Positions 1 to 13,814 of a stretch of 64,000 bases of DNA are shown piece by piece. The DNA comes from Octopus vulgaris (Eukaryota), in the NCBI GenBank assembly GCA_951406725.2, contig OX597828.1:57040001-57104000 (forward strand). Direction: 5' to 3'. The translations under genes were made by a program, and so were the position numbers. The stretch's first letter is position 1. Each line of letters starts with the position of its first letter. The notes below the pieces were generated by a model. The model saw only the letters and a list, made by a program, of their open reading frames with translations, was not told where the DNA came from and ran no database searches.

Positions 1-314
1 GTGTCGTATCTATCGACTTTTCTTTCTTCCTTATCGCATACCTTGTTGTCAGCTGGGCATGCTATATCTATGATTCAACATCGTTTGTTTTCTTTTTCAA
101 TTAAGCCTATGGCTGGCTTCCTATTTTCTATCTCATGGTTGCACTGAATCATAAAATCCCATAGGATCTTTGCATTTTTATTTTCGGCGATGCCTTCGGG
201 TTTGTCGTCGTAACAATTTTTTGCTCTCTCAAGTCCTTACTTGTTACAAAGTGTCCAATGGACAGGCCTGGCTATATTGTCGTGGTGCCTTATATTCCTT
301 CCGGGCTGGTTGCG
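1..314 (-). mobile_element. R4/Dong-like non-LTR retrotransposon fragment (restriction-like endonuclease domain), decayed
   Basis: Minus-strand translation ...HDNIARPVHWTLCNK*...KILWDFMIQCNHEIENRKPAIGLIEKENKRC*IIDIACPADNKVCDKEERKVDRYD, matching the RHD..HW, ILWD..D..PD and D-x-A-x-P...K..KY motifs; internal stop codons. Confidence 0.8.
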
Positions 315-315
315 A

Positions 316-349
316 TATTATTATTATTATTATTATTATTATTAGCAGC

Positions 350-419
<70 letters not shown>

Positions 420-420
420 A
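316..420. repeat. Compound microsatellite (TAT)n-(AGC)n-(AGT)n
   Basis: Direct reading. Confidence 0.95.
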
Positions 421-1644
421 TATACGGAAACTCTTACCTTATTTTTCTGTGTATGATGGAAAGTGTCAGCTGCTCACAACCAGCAAACTAAGGAGAGACT
501 CGTTTACTGATCATGCTTCAAGATGTCTGCGGAGACCACTTACAGATTCAAACAATGATGATTTTTAAGGCTTCTATCGTTATATTTGTGCCAATCTCTC
601 TGAGGCTCGTTGATAGTTGAGTGATGATTCCTCCAAGTGCGCAAATTACTATTGTTAACAAGACCACACTGCGTATTCCTCACTTTAATAGTTTACTTCT
701 TTTACTGAATATTCAGTCACGGCTACTTTTATTAGAACGTAAAGGTGATCGTACGGTGTGAACCCTCTATATGGATCTGGTTACCAAATTAATTAAGCAC
801 GAACTGTTATTAATTGTATTCGGCATCATAAAACTCAACGGGAATGTAACAGTTAATATAGAGAATATTTGTAGAAAAAGATCGACGGCGGCAAAATCGT
901 ACTTAGCCATTTCTTTGTTACAAACAAAGGCTGTATTATACATATTAGGGAATATGCGGTGAGATCTTAAGTACATGAGCTGTCTCAAACTTCCCAGAAT
1001 AATATAGACACAAACACGCTGACCAAAATACATTTAAAAGGAATAGAGTGACATCCGGCTATGTTCAACTTCTTGGCCAATTTAGCGACCTGCACAGAAA
1101 ACATGATAGCCACTTAAAACACTTTTTGATCCTACTTATTGGATCTGTCGTAAATCACTTGAAGTAGCGCAAATATCCGATACTAATATTTTGAATACTC
1201 AAATACCATACGCCATATTTTTTTCGTGTTTATTATGTAAATACAACTATGCCAGTATCCATATCGATGATACAGTGAAAGGTTGATAATTTGCTTTGTT
1301 ATTAATGCTTTGTTTTGTCTTCTTATTATGGATATAGTTATATTTCTATCCCACAATTTACTGATTCCTTCTTTCGTTCAAGGTTCAACTAGCTATGACA
1401 TTAATGATAAATAGTATTATTTAACAATTCAGTGATAAATGTGATCATTGCTTATTTATTAATGTAAATATTATAAATTTTAAACGTTCATGTCTTGTTC
1501 TCATTTATTGAAATCAATCAGTGATAACTAACACTCTAGGGAGTTAAACGGCAGAAGTTCTATAGATACTAATCTCTTTCTGGCAAGTGTTTCGGTCCTT
1601 AACTACTTACATTCTTATCTAATTTGCTATTTCAATAAACAATG

Positions 1645-1660
1645 TTATTTTCTTTTCAGG
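1645..1660 (+). promoter_or_regulatory. Putative 3' splice acceptor of a 5'-UTR intron for the 1683-2798 gene
   Basis: TTATTTTCTTTTCAG|G, a polypyrimidine tract plus CAG with AG at 1658-1659, 23 nt upstream of the ATG. Confidence 0.65.
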
Positions 1661-1682
1661 TATTCTTATTTCATACGAGACG

Positions 1683-2798
1683 ATGAATATCAGAAGCGGC
1701 ATACTCATTTTCTTCTATATACCGCATATATTTGCAAGTTCTTATTTAACTGACCGTGATTTAAGAGATACACTTCTTAAAGGTTACAACAAAGATGTTC
1801 GTCCTGTACGAAATATTACCCAAAATCTAAATATTGATTTATATTTTAAATCAGTCGTTATATACAATCTGGATTTGTTTGAAGGAATGTTACATAGTAA
1901 AATAATTATAGAGTCTAGATGGAAAGACGAATATCTTTGCTGGGATCCCATCAAATATGACAATCTAACTCAAATAGAATTCCAATCTGACTCCATTTGG
2001 GCACCGAATATATTTGTGAGCAATGCAGAAAAAGTTACTAAAGGTTCAGGTTTTAGTGAATATATTACAGTGAGTTATGACGGAAGGACATCCTATTTCA
2101 TTCGAAGCATTTATCGTACATACTGCTCGATTGACTTTTACAAATATCCTTTTTCATTCAATAAGTGTAAAATATACTTTTGGTTATCCAATGAAATGGT
2201 CTCATACCTGACGTTACAAACTATAGATTTCACTAACACAACGAATGTATGGACAACCATTTGGAATATTCAACTAGATGGCCATAAATATGAGGACGAC
2301 AATTCGACAGACGGTTTCCAATTAATAATCATGTTAGAACAGTCTTCATCTGCGAATAATGTTGCGATAATTATAGGAATTTTGTTGCTATCATTACTGA
2401 CGATATGCATATTTCTTTTGCCTGCAGAGAGTGGGGAGAAGGTTACATTTTCAACTACACTCTTTCTCACCAATATTCTCTATCTTGTTGAAAGTGGGAG
2501 AGCGATAAGTACGAATGGGTCAGAAATACCTTTGTATCTACTTTACATACTTTATCTGACAACAGCCAGTAGTCTTTCCTGTGTTGGATCTATCTTTATC
2601 TGTCGGCTCTATCAACACTCAGTACTGGAAAAGAACCTGAACCAACAGTCTGAGAGTCGATACAAGGAAAATGTTCAGCCAAGGAAATGTGGAAAACTAT
2701 CTTTAAATTACACACAACTTAACCGACTCTCACTTTTTATCACTCTTTGTTTGTTCGGGTCTACTCTTCTTCTTGTGATTATTCACTTTTTCGACTAA
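1683..2798 (+). CDS. Atypical nAChR-like Cys-loop receptor subunit (cephalopod chemotactile-receptor-like), divergent type, 371 aa, uninterrupted CDS
   Basis: Signal peptide; YNKDVRPV; W-x-D-x-x-L-x-W; loop A WAPNIFVSN; Cys-loop C148-x13-C162 (CSIDFYKYPFSFNKC); four hydrophobic TM segments; PAESGEK before M2. No loop C Cys-Cys and no canonical ACh aromatic box. Confidence 0.93.
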   Translation: MNIRSGILIFFYIPHIFASSYLTDRDLRDTLLKGYNKDVRPVRNITQNLNIDLYFKSVVIYNLDLFEGMLHSKIIIESRWKDEYLCWDPIKYDNLTQIEFQSDSIWAPNIFVSNAEKVTKGSGFSEYITVSYDGRTSYFIRSIYRTYCSIDFYKYPFSFNKCKIYFWLSNEMVSYLTLQTIDFTNTTNVWTTIWNIQLDGHKYEDDNSTDGFQLIIMLEQSSSANNVAIIIGILLLSLLTICIFLLPAESGEKVTFSTTLFLTNILYLVESGRAISTNGSEIPLYLLYILYLTTASSLSCVGSIFICRLYQHSVLEKNLNQQSESRYKENVQPRKCGKLSLNYTQLNRLSLFITLCLFGSTLLLVIIHFFD

Positions 2799-2804
2799 CC
2801 TAAA

Positions 2805-2881
<77 letters not shown>
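2805..2881. repeat. (TA)n(TG)n microsatellite immediately after the stop codon of 1683-2798
   Basis: Direct reading. Representative of dozens of (TA)n, (TG)n, (TATG)n and (TC)n tracts in the window, e.g. 8280-8346, 11020-11200, 13414-13510, 21988-22216, 22720-22912, 37630-37712, 38328-38430, 44270-44350, 51620-51747. Confidence 0.95.
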
Positions 2882-2883
<2 letters not shown>

Positions 2884-4657
2884 CACACATACATACACAA
2901 AAGACTTAGTAAATATTGTTGTCAATTACGTATTTTTAATCGCAGATACGAAGAAATATATCAAAACATTACATTTCTTCTTACCCAACGGCGTTTGTAT
3001 TTTCCTTTTGAAAAAGCTTGTTCCCAATACCCAAAATATTTACTGTCACAAATTACTCCAATCTCTACTGAGATTGTAGCAATTATTTTTGAGAATTGTT
3101 TTAATGACTTTATGAAGATTTTATAAATGCATAAATTCTTTAAAATTTCTGGTTAAGGAAAACATCATTAGAAAAGGCCTTTCATACTGGTTTTCAAGTG
3201 TAAGTGAAAGAATTGTACTCATACACTAACCCAGTAATTTCGATGTTTATTCTATAGCAAAATTATGACCAAGTGTTGGTTGCTTACATAAAATTATGAT
3301 TTATTCTTGTCTTTGCTGGCGAATCACATTTGTATATCATAAGAGAATTTTCATTTTCACAGAATAGTAAGTCGCTGTATAAAAGATCTACAATTTAACA
3401 AAATTCAATAACAATTAAAATGAAGTCACTCTGCATGTCTCAGATCCTTAAATGCAAGACAAGTAATACTGGAAACGGAAGTTAAATAAGTAAAAAGAGC
3501 GTTTAGCTAAGTGATATTTACTTGTCAAAGTTAAGTGTAGAATATTTAGAAATGAAAACCCTGTTGATGTCAAAAATTCTGATTTATAGTTTTAATCTGT
3601 TGAGATGTATAAATCGAATTATAACCTATTTTCAAATGTTTACTAATTATTTGTAATTTCTAAATTTACAAAATATACCACTGTTTTGACTTATTAGCAA
3701 TTTCCTGTGGATGGTCAGGTATACTCAGTGGATTGTCACTAAGGGATTTGTGTAAGCCATTTACGAAAATCAAAATATCCATAATGATTGTTTTCATTCT
3801 ATGTTGTCATTATTAAGGTAGAATAACTGATGTCATTACAATTTCAACTTATAAGAATTATGAAGAACACATCGTAATTTTTGTGAGATGAAGTAATTTC
3901 AATAAACAAAATTACATCATTCCGATATGTAGTTGCTACATTGTGTATATACATAAATATTCTTAGTTGCAGACATATCACAAATTCACACAACCAGGTG
4001 AACCGTAGTATTTCCGAGTTCTATCCAAGATTTCGGAAAAGGCCATTGGGAAGGCCTACATAACGATGTAAAGATGGATTTAGTTAAATTATTTGAATAA
4101 TAACATCGCATAGTGTAGTCGATACAGAGATAAAGTGATAAATATGCAAGAACGTATTATGTATGTATATTTGCACGCAAATATTTATGCGTCGTATTGG
4201 TACGAATGGAAGTTGTGTAGGAGTGATTCGACTTACAATATTTGCTTTTGGTGCAATTTTTGTATTTTATATCGTTATTTATTTTTGAATCGTGGCATTT
4301 ATCGATTAAAATAGCTAATCTTTTATAGCAGAAATGCCATTTCGATAATGTACTTACGTGAAATTCTTATGTAATACAGTCAATAGAAAAGAGAACTCCA
4401 ATATGTCGTATCAGTATTGTTTTGTGTTGAACTGAGTGCGCGCGGAGCCATATAAACATTGATGTCGGGATCAATTTCCGGTGGTTCGGCTCATCTTTTT
4501 TTCAGTCAATCTTTTAGGTTTAGTCGCTCTAAATAGAGAATATATTATTATTGTGTACATAATTATAGTTATCATTAAAAGGACCTCTGTGTGACGCTCT
4601 TCCTCGTAATTTAAATTCTTCGGGTTAATATATATATATATATATATTTATGTTGTG

Positions 4658-4838
4658 GTTTCAAAGTTAGGTGTAAGACCAGAAATTTCGAAGAGCCGAG
4701 GAAGTCGATTATATCGATCCCGGTGCTCAGCACATATTTATTTTATCGACACTTCAAGATGACTGGTAAAGTCGACCTCGGCTCATTTGGAACTCAGAGC
4801 GTTAAGATGCACGAAATGCCAAGCTTTCAGCGTAGCAT
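4658..4838 (-). mobile_element. Octopus-type SINE, decayed
   Basis: Contains AAGTCGATTATATCGATCCCGGTG...TTATTTTATCGAC...AAAGTCGACCTCGGC..ATTTGGAACTCAGA, homologous in reverse complement to the two copies at 34495-34912. Family recognised from memory of octopus SINEs. Confidence 0.7.
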
Positions 4839-4929
4839 AGAAAATTAAGGCCTGTTGCGTAAATGAGTCAGACCCGGCAAGTTGCCCGTAGTCAAGTCAA
4901 CTATCGCTTTCATTATTACTTCGGCGTTT

Positions 4930-5930
4930 CTTCGGTTTTCACAATACTCCGCTTTTCTTTTCGACAGATGAGTCAGGCAGTTGAGGTAGACACTGAACTC
5001 CATCTAGCTTTCTAACCCACGTCTCGTACCGAACACTTTTTGCTAAGTACAGCTGAAACAAAGCACCATTTTCCTTGGTATTAAATAAACATAGCTCAAT
5101 GTGATCTGCAAAATACCGATTGTGGATTTGTTTCAAAGTTGACCCATGGATTAGCTTTCGTGCTTCACGTTGGAGAATTGATCGATGGCTAGTCTCGCCG
5201 CGACAAAGTCCATTGCGATTACTTTCGTAATTGGTCTGCTACTGCCTTCTCCATTAATTCTATTTTCCGACGTTTTTAGTCCAAGCTTTAAAATTATAAG
5301 TTTCATAGTTTCGCTTCTGATCAGATGGATTTTGGTGTATTTAAAGTTTTGTGCAAACCAAGTAATCGATCGTGTTAGTAATTTTATAAAAACCTTGACG
5401 TGGCGATTGCAAAATTTCTACCTGGCGCACGGCATTATAGAACCCGTTGACGGTAGGATTCGTGATGTTTAAGATGGTGGTACTGGCAACGGAGGTGGAA
5501 GTTGTAGGTGTGTTTAGTCGATTATTTAGTCTTTTCTTCTTTACGTATTTATTTTTGTAGCGGTTGATTTTATTCTGAACGTTGTTGATATCGTTTCGAT
5601 CCGCATTCGTAGGGGTTAGTGGGGATAGTGTTGGTGTTGATATCGTTTCGATCCGCATTTGTAGGGGTTAGTGGGGATAGTGTTGCTGTTGCTTTCACCA
5701 GTGTTTCAAATGTGTGGTTTTTGTTGGCGCTGTTGTTCCTGACCTTCAAATTGATGTTCATTGATTCTCTGTTTACAAGTAGTAGTGAAAAATGGTTATT
5801 GTGTTGCTTGTTAGTTAATTTAAATGTCCCTTGGGAAGGGACATTTGTGAAGTGATATTAGTTTTTTTTTATAAACATTTTTATATTCTCTACTCAAACT
5901 TTTGGAAAAATTTACCCGAGATGAGAGTAC
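4930..5930 (-). mobile_element. Degenerate retroelement-derived Asn/Thr/Lys-rich coding remnant with an internal 52-bp tandem duplication
   Basis: Broken minus-strand ORFs with strong strand bias similar to 30700-31860; direct repeat 5583-5634 / 5635-5685. No diagnostic motif identified. Confidence 0.35.
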
Positions 5931-6060
5931 GACGAACAGATTTTTGGGTTATTGATTGACATCATAACAACATGATAAAAATAAAAATAAAATTAATGTC
6001 TTCAAAACAACAAAATTCTATAACATCTGAGCTTCAAAACAATGCCTTTCTTTTGCATTA

Positions 6061-6134
<74 letters not shown>

Positions 6135-6170
6135 AAGAAGAAGAAGAAGAAGAAGAAGAAGAAGAAGAAA
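6061..6170. repeat. Compound microsatellite (GAT)n(AAG)n
   Basis: Direct reading; source of the spurious poly-D/poly-K ORF. Confidence 0.95.
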
Positions 6171-6999
6171 GATAGCTCCGGGCTAAAAATCAACATGGAC
6201 GTACAGCAAAAATCTCTCTCTAAAAATGAATTTAAACCAACAACGTCGGAGAAATGGAAAGGAAACTTGGAAATAAATCTGAGAGAAATGATTTTTTTAA
6301 AGCAAATCAACTAAAAAATAATTGTTATATTAAGCATTGTTTCTCCTGTGTATACCTCAGAGTGACATGTGCAGAAAATCGAAATCAACATCAGGAACTT
6401 TGAGATAAATCCGTTATATGCACAGCATGTACGTAAATTAACTGCGTATACATTCAACTGTTTATGCGTACGTGTATACATGTTAATATATATAAACTAC
6501 GTAAATAATGCTAACAACACATACACATGCATGCACACACTCACACATACATGCATATATACATACACACATGTGCCGACAAAACATAGTGCAAGAGAAG
6601 GAAAAGAAGCCAAAAACAACACGCCTTTCCACGAACACGATAGGGGCAAATAATCACTATCATGCACGAAGACACTTGTACCAAAAAAGTGAAAAAGAAA
6701 ATGAAAATGAAAAAAATAGAGGTGAATTTCGTTTTTAAACTTCATGCTAGAGACTTATCAATTCAAAGAAGTTGGAAGCGGTGTTTTGTTAAAAAGTGTT
6801 ATGTCGCATGTTCGGATGACCTCTACTCAACTCTGCTCTGCTATCCTAATACCAACTTTGTTTTCATGGCAACAAGCCTATGTTTAACAAAGCGAAATTT
6901 ATACTGAATCGATCTTCGCTCGAGTGAGGAAGGGCCGCGTTAACCTATGCAGAGCTGGCCACGGCGCATACAGTTTGCTAGTGGTTTACACCTCTCCAT

Positions 7000-8200
7000 A
7001 AATATGAGTCTAGAGGATTCCTGCAAAAAGACAACTCCTAATGGCCTTCCAAGCAACAAGTAAACCAAAAGACAGAAATGGTGTAAGTGTTATAATAAAG
7101 TAGTCATTCATGCTTACTACGCTGCTATGTTTCAACCAACCGACGTCTCAAACATTGAACACCCATAGAACCTGGAATGAAAAGAACCCTAACATAAGAC
7201 TAAACATGGAAATGTATGAAGAAATATTATACAAATGAAATTGGTAACCGGCATCGAAATTAACGAAATAAAAGAAAACGTAAAATGAGATCTAAGAAAC
7301 GACACAGCGATTGTAACTCGCATATTAACAGACAGAAGATATGTCAGCAAGAAGAAGTAAACAACAAGAGACACACAATCAGAATCAACCTAAATACTCT
7401 CCCTGGTGATCAAACAATTCCAGAGAAAATAATCGATAATCGAGAAGGCATTTGGAAATAGAATACTTGAAGAACAAATAATCACTGAAAGGATCAAAAT
7501 CCAAAATAAAGTCATGAAGAAATATAGTGACATTCTTCTTAAATTCACAACAGTGAAAAAAAAGTAATAAATTATTTGTCAAATGAGCACAGCCATCAAA
7601 TCCATCAAAGACGAAGTAAACATCACAGGCATCAATGGGATTTTGTACTCTGCTGCTACAGTCCACACCAAAACATGTGGCATACAACTGAAAAATAGTG
7701 TGCTAATTCCCCATAAAAAGCCTGAGTAGCAAGAAAAATCAAGTAACAAATCGACGCATCTGAAATGGAAATCTTGAAAAGCGGCAGCCATGATACAAAA
7801 CCATCTAAAAAGAGAAAGGGAATAAGAAAGTGCAAATTGGAATGACAACATTAGTTTGCTGGAGTAGTGGAGAAATTAAACGAAGACGTTTAGGGCAAAA
7901 ATACGTTATATACTGCTTCAAAAAATTAAATACATGTTTAAAAATAATCCAATGAGGTTGTATAAGCATACTGGAAAGAACAACATCAAAATAGGAGAAG
8001 TCCCTCAAAGCGTGAATTATTACGGTCTTGGCAGAAAATGTGGACATATGAAAATGAGGACAACAGTGATGTCCCTTCAATTAAGAAACACAAAGATGAC
8101 ACTGGGCTGATATGGGGAGAAATAAAGGTAGATATCAGACTCAAGTGTTGATGTCAGACCCCAAACTTTCAGAACTTCACAAGAAACTAACTTGATACAA
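7000..8200 (+). mobile_element. Highly decayed LINE-like reverse transcriptase remnant
   Basis: A-rich plus-strand bias with traces of 'VLIP.KKP' (about 7700) and 'VPQ' (about 8000) RT motifs; many stops and frameshifts. Confidence 0.35.
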
Positions 8201-8286
8201 CATAAGCTTAATTTTAAATGAGGTCTCTGTATGTATTAACTTAAACTTTCCTGTTGCTTTTTTAGCTTCTATTATACATACATATA

Positions 8287-8350
<64 letters not shown>

Positions 8351-8469
8351 GCATATAAATTATTGTATCATTTATGATGTACTTCGATGAAATAAACGAT
8401 GCAATTTGCATTCGCTTTGTATTTGTGATTTCATTTCTCTCTCACGATTATTTTTCCGACAGTTTTGTA

Positions 8470-9330
8470 TCTCAACTTCTACTGACTTTCCCAGGAATGC
8501 ATTATGTGGGACGTTGGATTTTCTTGATGTTGGGTTTTGTTGAAAGGCAATGTGAAGATAGAGTGTGCTGTTCGTCCGCTGTCGAGAAGAGTCGAGGCTA
8601 TTCCTGAGGAGGCAACAGCAACAGTAAGGTTACCATTATATCGCAACTTCGCACGAAGAAGATTCAGGCGAAATGTGTTTCCAGTTCCACCGGGAGCTTC
8701 TAAGAAGATGATTTCGCCAGTGCATGTAAGGATGTTTCCGAGGACAAAATTGCATACGTCAGCTGGATCGGAATTCAGGTGCTAAATGTCAGCGATTTAC
8801 TGCTTTAGTTTGCAACTGTTGTTGGATGTTTCTCTGAAAATGAGGCGATTGGGATGGGCGTCTTCATTTGTGCCTGGGGTTTTCAGAGTATAAGCGTCCA
8901 ACACTTTACCTCCATTTGCCATAACGAAGTCTTCCAAGTGAAGAAGCCCTCTGATGTAAATGGCAGCGCTAGTGGGAGTATTGACGCTACCTGTGATTTG
9001 GCGAGTGATATGTTATGGCACATCGAATCTTTGTGTTTATTCCAAAGTGAATGTGCACCTGCCAGGTTGCAGAAAACCAGCATTCTTGCAAAAACGTGGC
9101 GGAGCTTGTGCAGGGAACAACACAGAAAGGTCTCTCCGAGTGCATTATCATGTTGGTCATCTGTATCTAAAAGTCCCCGTTTGGCGCAATCATCTGTGAA
9201 TGTGCCGCGTATATGGCCATTCACTGTGCAAAGGTAGCTGAAGGAGGTTGCTCCATTAATGACATAAAGTGCAGCAGATGGAAGCATCATTGATTTTGCT
9301 CAGATCACTGTGTCTATTGATACGATATCA
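8470..9330 (-). mobile_element. Helitron Rep/Helicase fragment (linker plus PIF1 helicase N-terminus)
   Basis: GATSFSYLCTVNG...FTDDCAKRGLLDTD...LRHVFARMLVFCNLAGAHSLWNKHKDSM (ORF 8883-9290), followed by IFLEAPGGTGNTF...AVASSGIASTLLDSGRTAHSIFTLP (PIF1 motifs I and Ia). Confidence 0.9.
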
Positions 9331-10069
9331 GAAACACACCCACTGAAATGTTAAGTTTAATATAGCATGATAGTGAAGACCTATGTGCGTCATCACATCA
9401 TCGTGTTTAAGATAGTGATCAAAGAAAGCTATGATTTACCTGTTGTCAGAGGAGTAGATTGGTAATTAAGGTAGCTGTACGCATATTAGTTGTGTGTTAA
9501 TGCAAAACGCCCATCCTACCTGTTGCTCAGAGTGAATATAGCGCTCGTATCAAATCCGGCAGTCAATAAACAGAACACAATAGCATACAATACACAACGT
9601 TCGCATATTTTTAATAAAATGAGAAATTCGATTTTATTCAATCTTTCAATTGACATGCTGCATACAAAATCTGTTGATATTGTTACAATTGGATATTTTC
9701 TGTGCGCAATAAAGGAACTGCTCTCAGGCTTAGCTACAAGTAAGATGGTGTAATGACGATTTGGATACTTGATTGAATCTTCAAAGCTTTCTATACATCA
9801 ATACGAAGCGTTGTTTATTTTACGAAACTTCATAACACATTTCTTAATTTCTTTAATATTGATACTGAGCACTATGTGAGGCACAACATTAATATAATGG
9901 GGAAAATGTACTAGTCATCAAAAACCATATTTCAGCAAATAAATTTCATTAAAGAAATGCGGTTTTAAAATTGCATAATATATCTAATGGAAAGAGGATA
10001 TAATTAGATTAGAGTTAAAAGAAACGATGTCTGTGTGTGCGTCCATATCTATATATAATTTTTTTCTTG

Positions 10070-10295
10070 TTTGTTCCTTCTCGAGCCATGCCCAGCTCAT
10101 AAGAGCCGGTTTCCCGGTTTCTTGGCGTATAGGTTCCCCACCTGGACGGGACGCCTGTCCATCGCAGGTGAGCTGCAAGATGCAGGAGGAAAGAGTGAGA
10201 GAAAGTTGTGGCGAAAGAGTCAGCAGAAGTTTCGCCATTACCTTCTCCCTCGACCGCGAGTCCGCTGCTCTAACCACTAGGCCGTGTGCCTCCAC
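10070..10295 (-). mobile_element. tRNA-derived SINE with V-SINE-like central domain, internally deleted
   Basis: Minus strand starts GTGGAGGCACACGGCCTAGTGGTTAGAGC (A-box-like) and contains CCTGCGATGGACAGGCGTCCCGTCCAGG (V-domain-like); GC-rich island; B box not seen. Confidence 0.65.
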
Positions 10296-11163
10296 ATCTA
10301 TATATAATACATGTGTATTAATGTTTGTTTTTAAGCTATAAGGAAAAATAGAATTGTACGTTAAACTGATGCATTTGTCATTACTCAATACTTTTAATAC
10401 AGTATAAAATTATTACTCTTCATTAAGAACAGAATTGACAGAGTTGTTAATTCTGCTGCGAAGTGGTTGTAGGATGGAGGTTATTTTGATCTGTAGTCCT
10501 AAGTTTAAGTAAGCTTATATTTCCCAGTGTTTATTCTGGCTAAACTTTCACCGGCGGTGTAAAGAAAGGGGAGTAACATGGTTAAAGGGAGGTAACTCTA
10601 TCCAGATTTCTCAGTCCGGGGTGAGTAAAGAATTGTTGTCTTTTGGACTTAAAGATGTAGGAAGTTCGTAGTAATAGAGGAAACCTTGTAAAATAATTGG
10701 TATAATATGATTATGGGTGTGTAAAATGAGTGGGGCTTGGGAGGTGAATGTTTGCGTGTAAGTACTTTAATTGGCTCCCAGCTAAATGAGATTATTTAGA
10801 TGAAGAAGCTAGCGTCGGATTTGTACAGGGTCAATCGGGTTTACCGATATTTGGAAAAGACAAAGAGACCTATATGTAGACAAAAAAACTGTTCTCATAT
10901 TTTATTTTAAATGTACTATTACTACTTTTCTTTATTAATTAATTAAATTAATGGCTTACTAGGGCAAACAACCAACTTCTTCTTTTATTCCTGTTATCTT
11001 TCCTCCATTTTCTTCTTGCATATATATATGTGTGTGTGTTTGTGTATGTGTGTGTGTATATATATACACACACAAAATACACACACACACACATATATAT
11101 ATATATAGAGAGAGAGATGGATAGATAGAGAGAGAGAGATACATACATACATACATACATACA

Positions 11164-11197
<34 letters not shown>

Positions 11198-11225
11198 CAT
11201 ATAGGCATTTAAGTACACACACATA

Positions 11226-11432
11226 TTATTTTATTCGTTTGCTTGTTTCAGTCATTTGTCTGCGACCATGCTGAAGCACTTCCTCTAGTTGCACAAATCG
11301 ATGCCATGTCTTATTCTTTGTAACCCTAGTAATTACTCTATTTGTCAGTTTTGCCGAACCGTTAAGTTGCGGGGACGTTAGCACACCAACATTGGTTGTC
11401 AAACAATGGTGAGGGACAGACACAGACACAAA
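11226..11432 (-). mobile_element. Octopus microsatellite-containing SINE, 3' half
   Basis: TTCAGTCATTTG.CTGCG.CCATGCTG.AGCAC...TTTGCCGAACCG.TAAGTT.CGGGGACGT.A.CACACCAA; same family as 25808-26020, 39133-39262, 44120-44706 and 52694-53417. Confidence 0.75.
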
Positions 11433-11435
11433 TAC

Positions 11436-11517
<82 letters not shown>

Positions 11518-13411
11518 TCTGTGTGTCTGTGTGTGTATTAAAAAGGAATGTAAAAATATATTACGAAGGATGTATCATAAACAATTAATATTTATTTATG
11601 AATATATCAATGGACAAAACATGTAATCATAAATATCATGAAAAAAAAACTATTTTGTATAATCATGAATAAATCACAATTATAACGGAGATATAGAATG
11701 CTCAACCGAAATCGAGCATGTATAAAGTTCTACAAGTTATATTTGGGTTTATATTTCAAATGCATTCACTTTGGCGCGCGGAGGTCGGAAATTATTCTGC
11801 AGTTAATAAATTACAGTAGCCAATTACCGTTAGAGAATATTTTTAAAATTAAATTATAGCGGTAGAAATCCATATTGATCAATTAAAACCAGTGGCTTAG
11901 CATATTTAATAAATCTGAAGATTAAAAATTGTGTTACATACAAAATTTAGAGAAATGACCACTAAAATGGATACCCTATATGCTAAACATAGACGTCAAA
12001 TCGCCATTACCACGAAGAATGTGTTCTCAAGAAAAACACGCAGTGAACAGGGAACTATGTAGTTTGGAAGCAGTCTTCTTTCCACCCAGCTACTCCTAGC
12101 TGAAGTAAGGTAGATATATATGCATATGTATCTGCGTATATGTGTGTGCGCGCATGTATATGTATGTGTGTGTCTGCATACATACCCATGTGAATGTTAA
12201 TAAAGCAAATTCTTTTGCTAATGATAACTAATCCCTTTCACATATATGAATTTCAGTGAACTAAGTAAAATAACATTACATATTATTTCACATGCATAAT
12301 TTGAATACATATTTTTTCTTACACATGTGGCATAAATAAATATATACGCACTTTATAATTTAAATGTTCCGAAATTCTGTTACGTAACTACAATTTCATA
12401 CTCCGTGTTATCATTTCGTTGATATTTTGTATCTGTACCAGCGATCGTATTACATTACGTTGCTGGTTTTTTTATGAATACACGTAATATCGGCTTCGAA
12501 GTTATTTACCTCCAAAATCGTTTTCTTTCGTACTTTTCAATTGCCGATTTTTACGTGTATTTTCTCATACATAACTCACATATTACTCTCTGAGTTAGCG
12601 CATATTAAATGTCGCATAGTCTTCGTTATAAATTTTACAATAGTTCACTTAACTAGAAGTTATATATTCGTATATTTCATATAATTTACAGAAATAGTGT
12701 CATACATTTATAGATGGTCAAAGGCAATATGAAATATTCTTAAAATAATTTAATTGAAAATGATGGTGTGCTGAAAGTAAGGCATTTTCAGTGTCACATT
12801 TCAGGCTAATAAACACAAGGAAACTTCTACAAGTACATAGTTAACAACCATAATAATTATACAAATTCTTGCGAAAAGAATTGATAATTATCAACTAGCG
12901 TGGATTGAAAACAAAGATTAAGACGCACGAACCAATATTTTTAGCAAATTTTGTGGCGCTATATATTGAATGTGCACGATCCGCATATATGTACCTGTGT
13001 TCGCACACATATGTATACAAGCATATAAATGCTTGCGATTGACTGCTGCTGCTGCTATTATTCGCAAGAATCGCTTCGAGCTTTAAACGTCAAGGATGTT
13101 AAGAAATTTAGAATAAAAATTACATTAAAGGGTGATGTGCATACATAGCTTTGTATATATTTTAAAATTAATTTCTCTGAAATAACGCGCTGGTAGTTGT
13201 ATATGCCATTATATAGTTCTCTATAGGATGTGCTGAAAAGTTCCTGGGTTTCAGGCTTTGGCGAAAGGCCTGGCTGAGAAGCCAGCCTTCAAAGTTCTTT
13301 TATATGTCTTAGAATAACAGAAGGACCGCTGTTTGAACCAGAGAGGGCAAGAAGTTGTATAAAATTACAACTGATCTTACTGTATTTCCTTTGAAGCAAA
13401 GCCAGAAATAA

Positions 13412-13517
<106 letters not shown>

Positions 13518-13771
13518 TTATGATTTGTATCATAATATGCTCGGGTGAACGCTTTGCAGATTGAATATAAAAGGATTAGGGATAAAGTAAAGTAGATAAA
13601 TAGAACTAGGACAATAAGCAAAGTAAATATGGATCATTGAGTAAAGATAAATAGAAATAAGATTAATTTATAGTTAATAAAAGAATAAATTATTCATTTA
13701 AAAGGCATAAATAAAATTATAAAAAGCTTTATATGTAATATGTACATATATGTATATATATACATATATAT

Positions 13772-13814
<43 letters not shown>

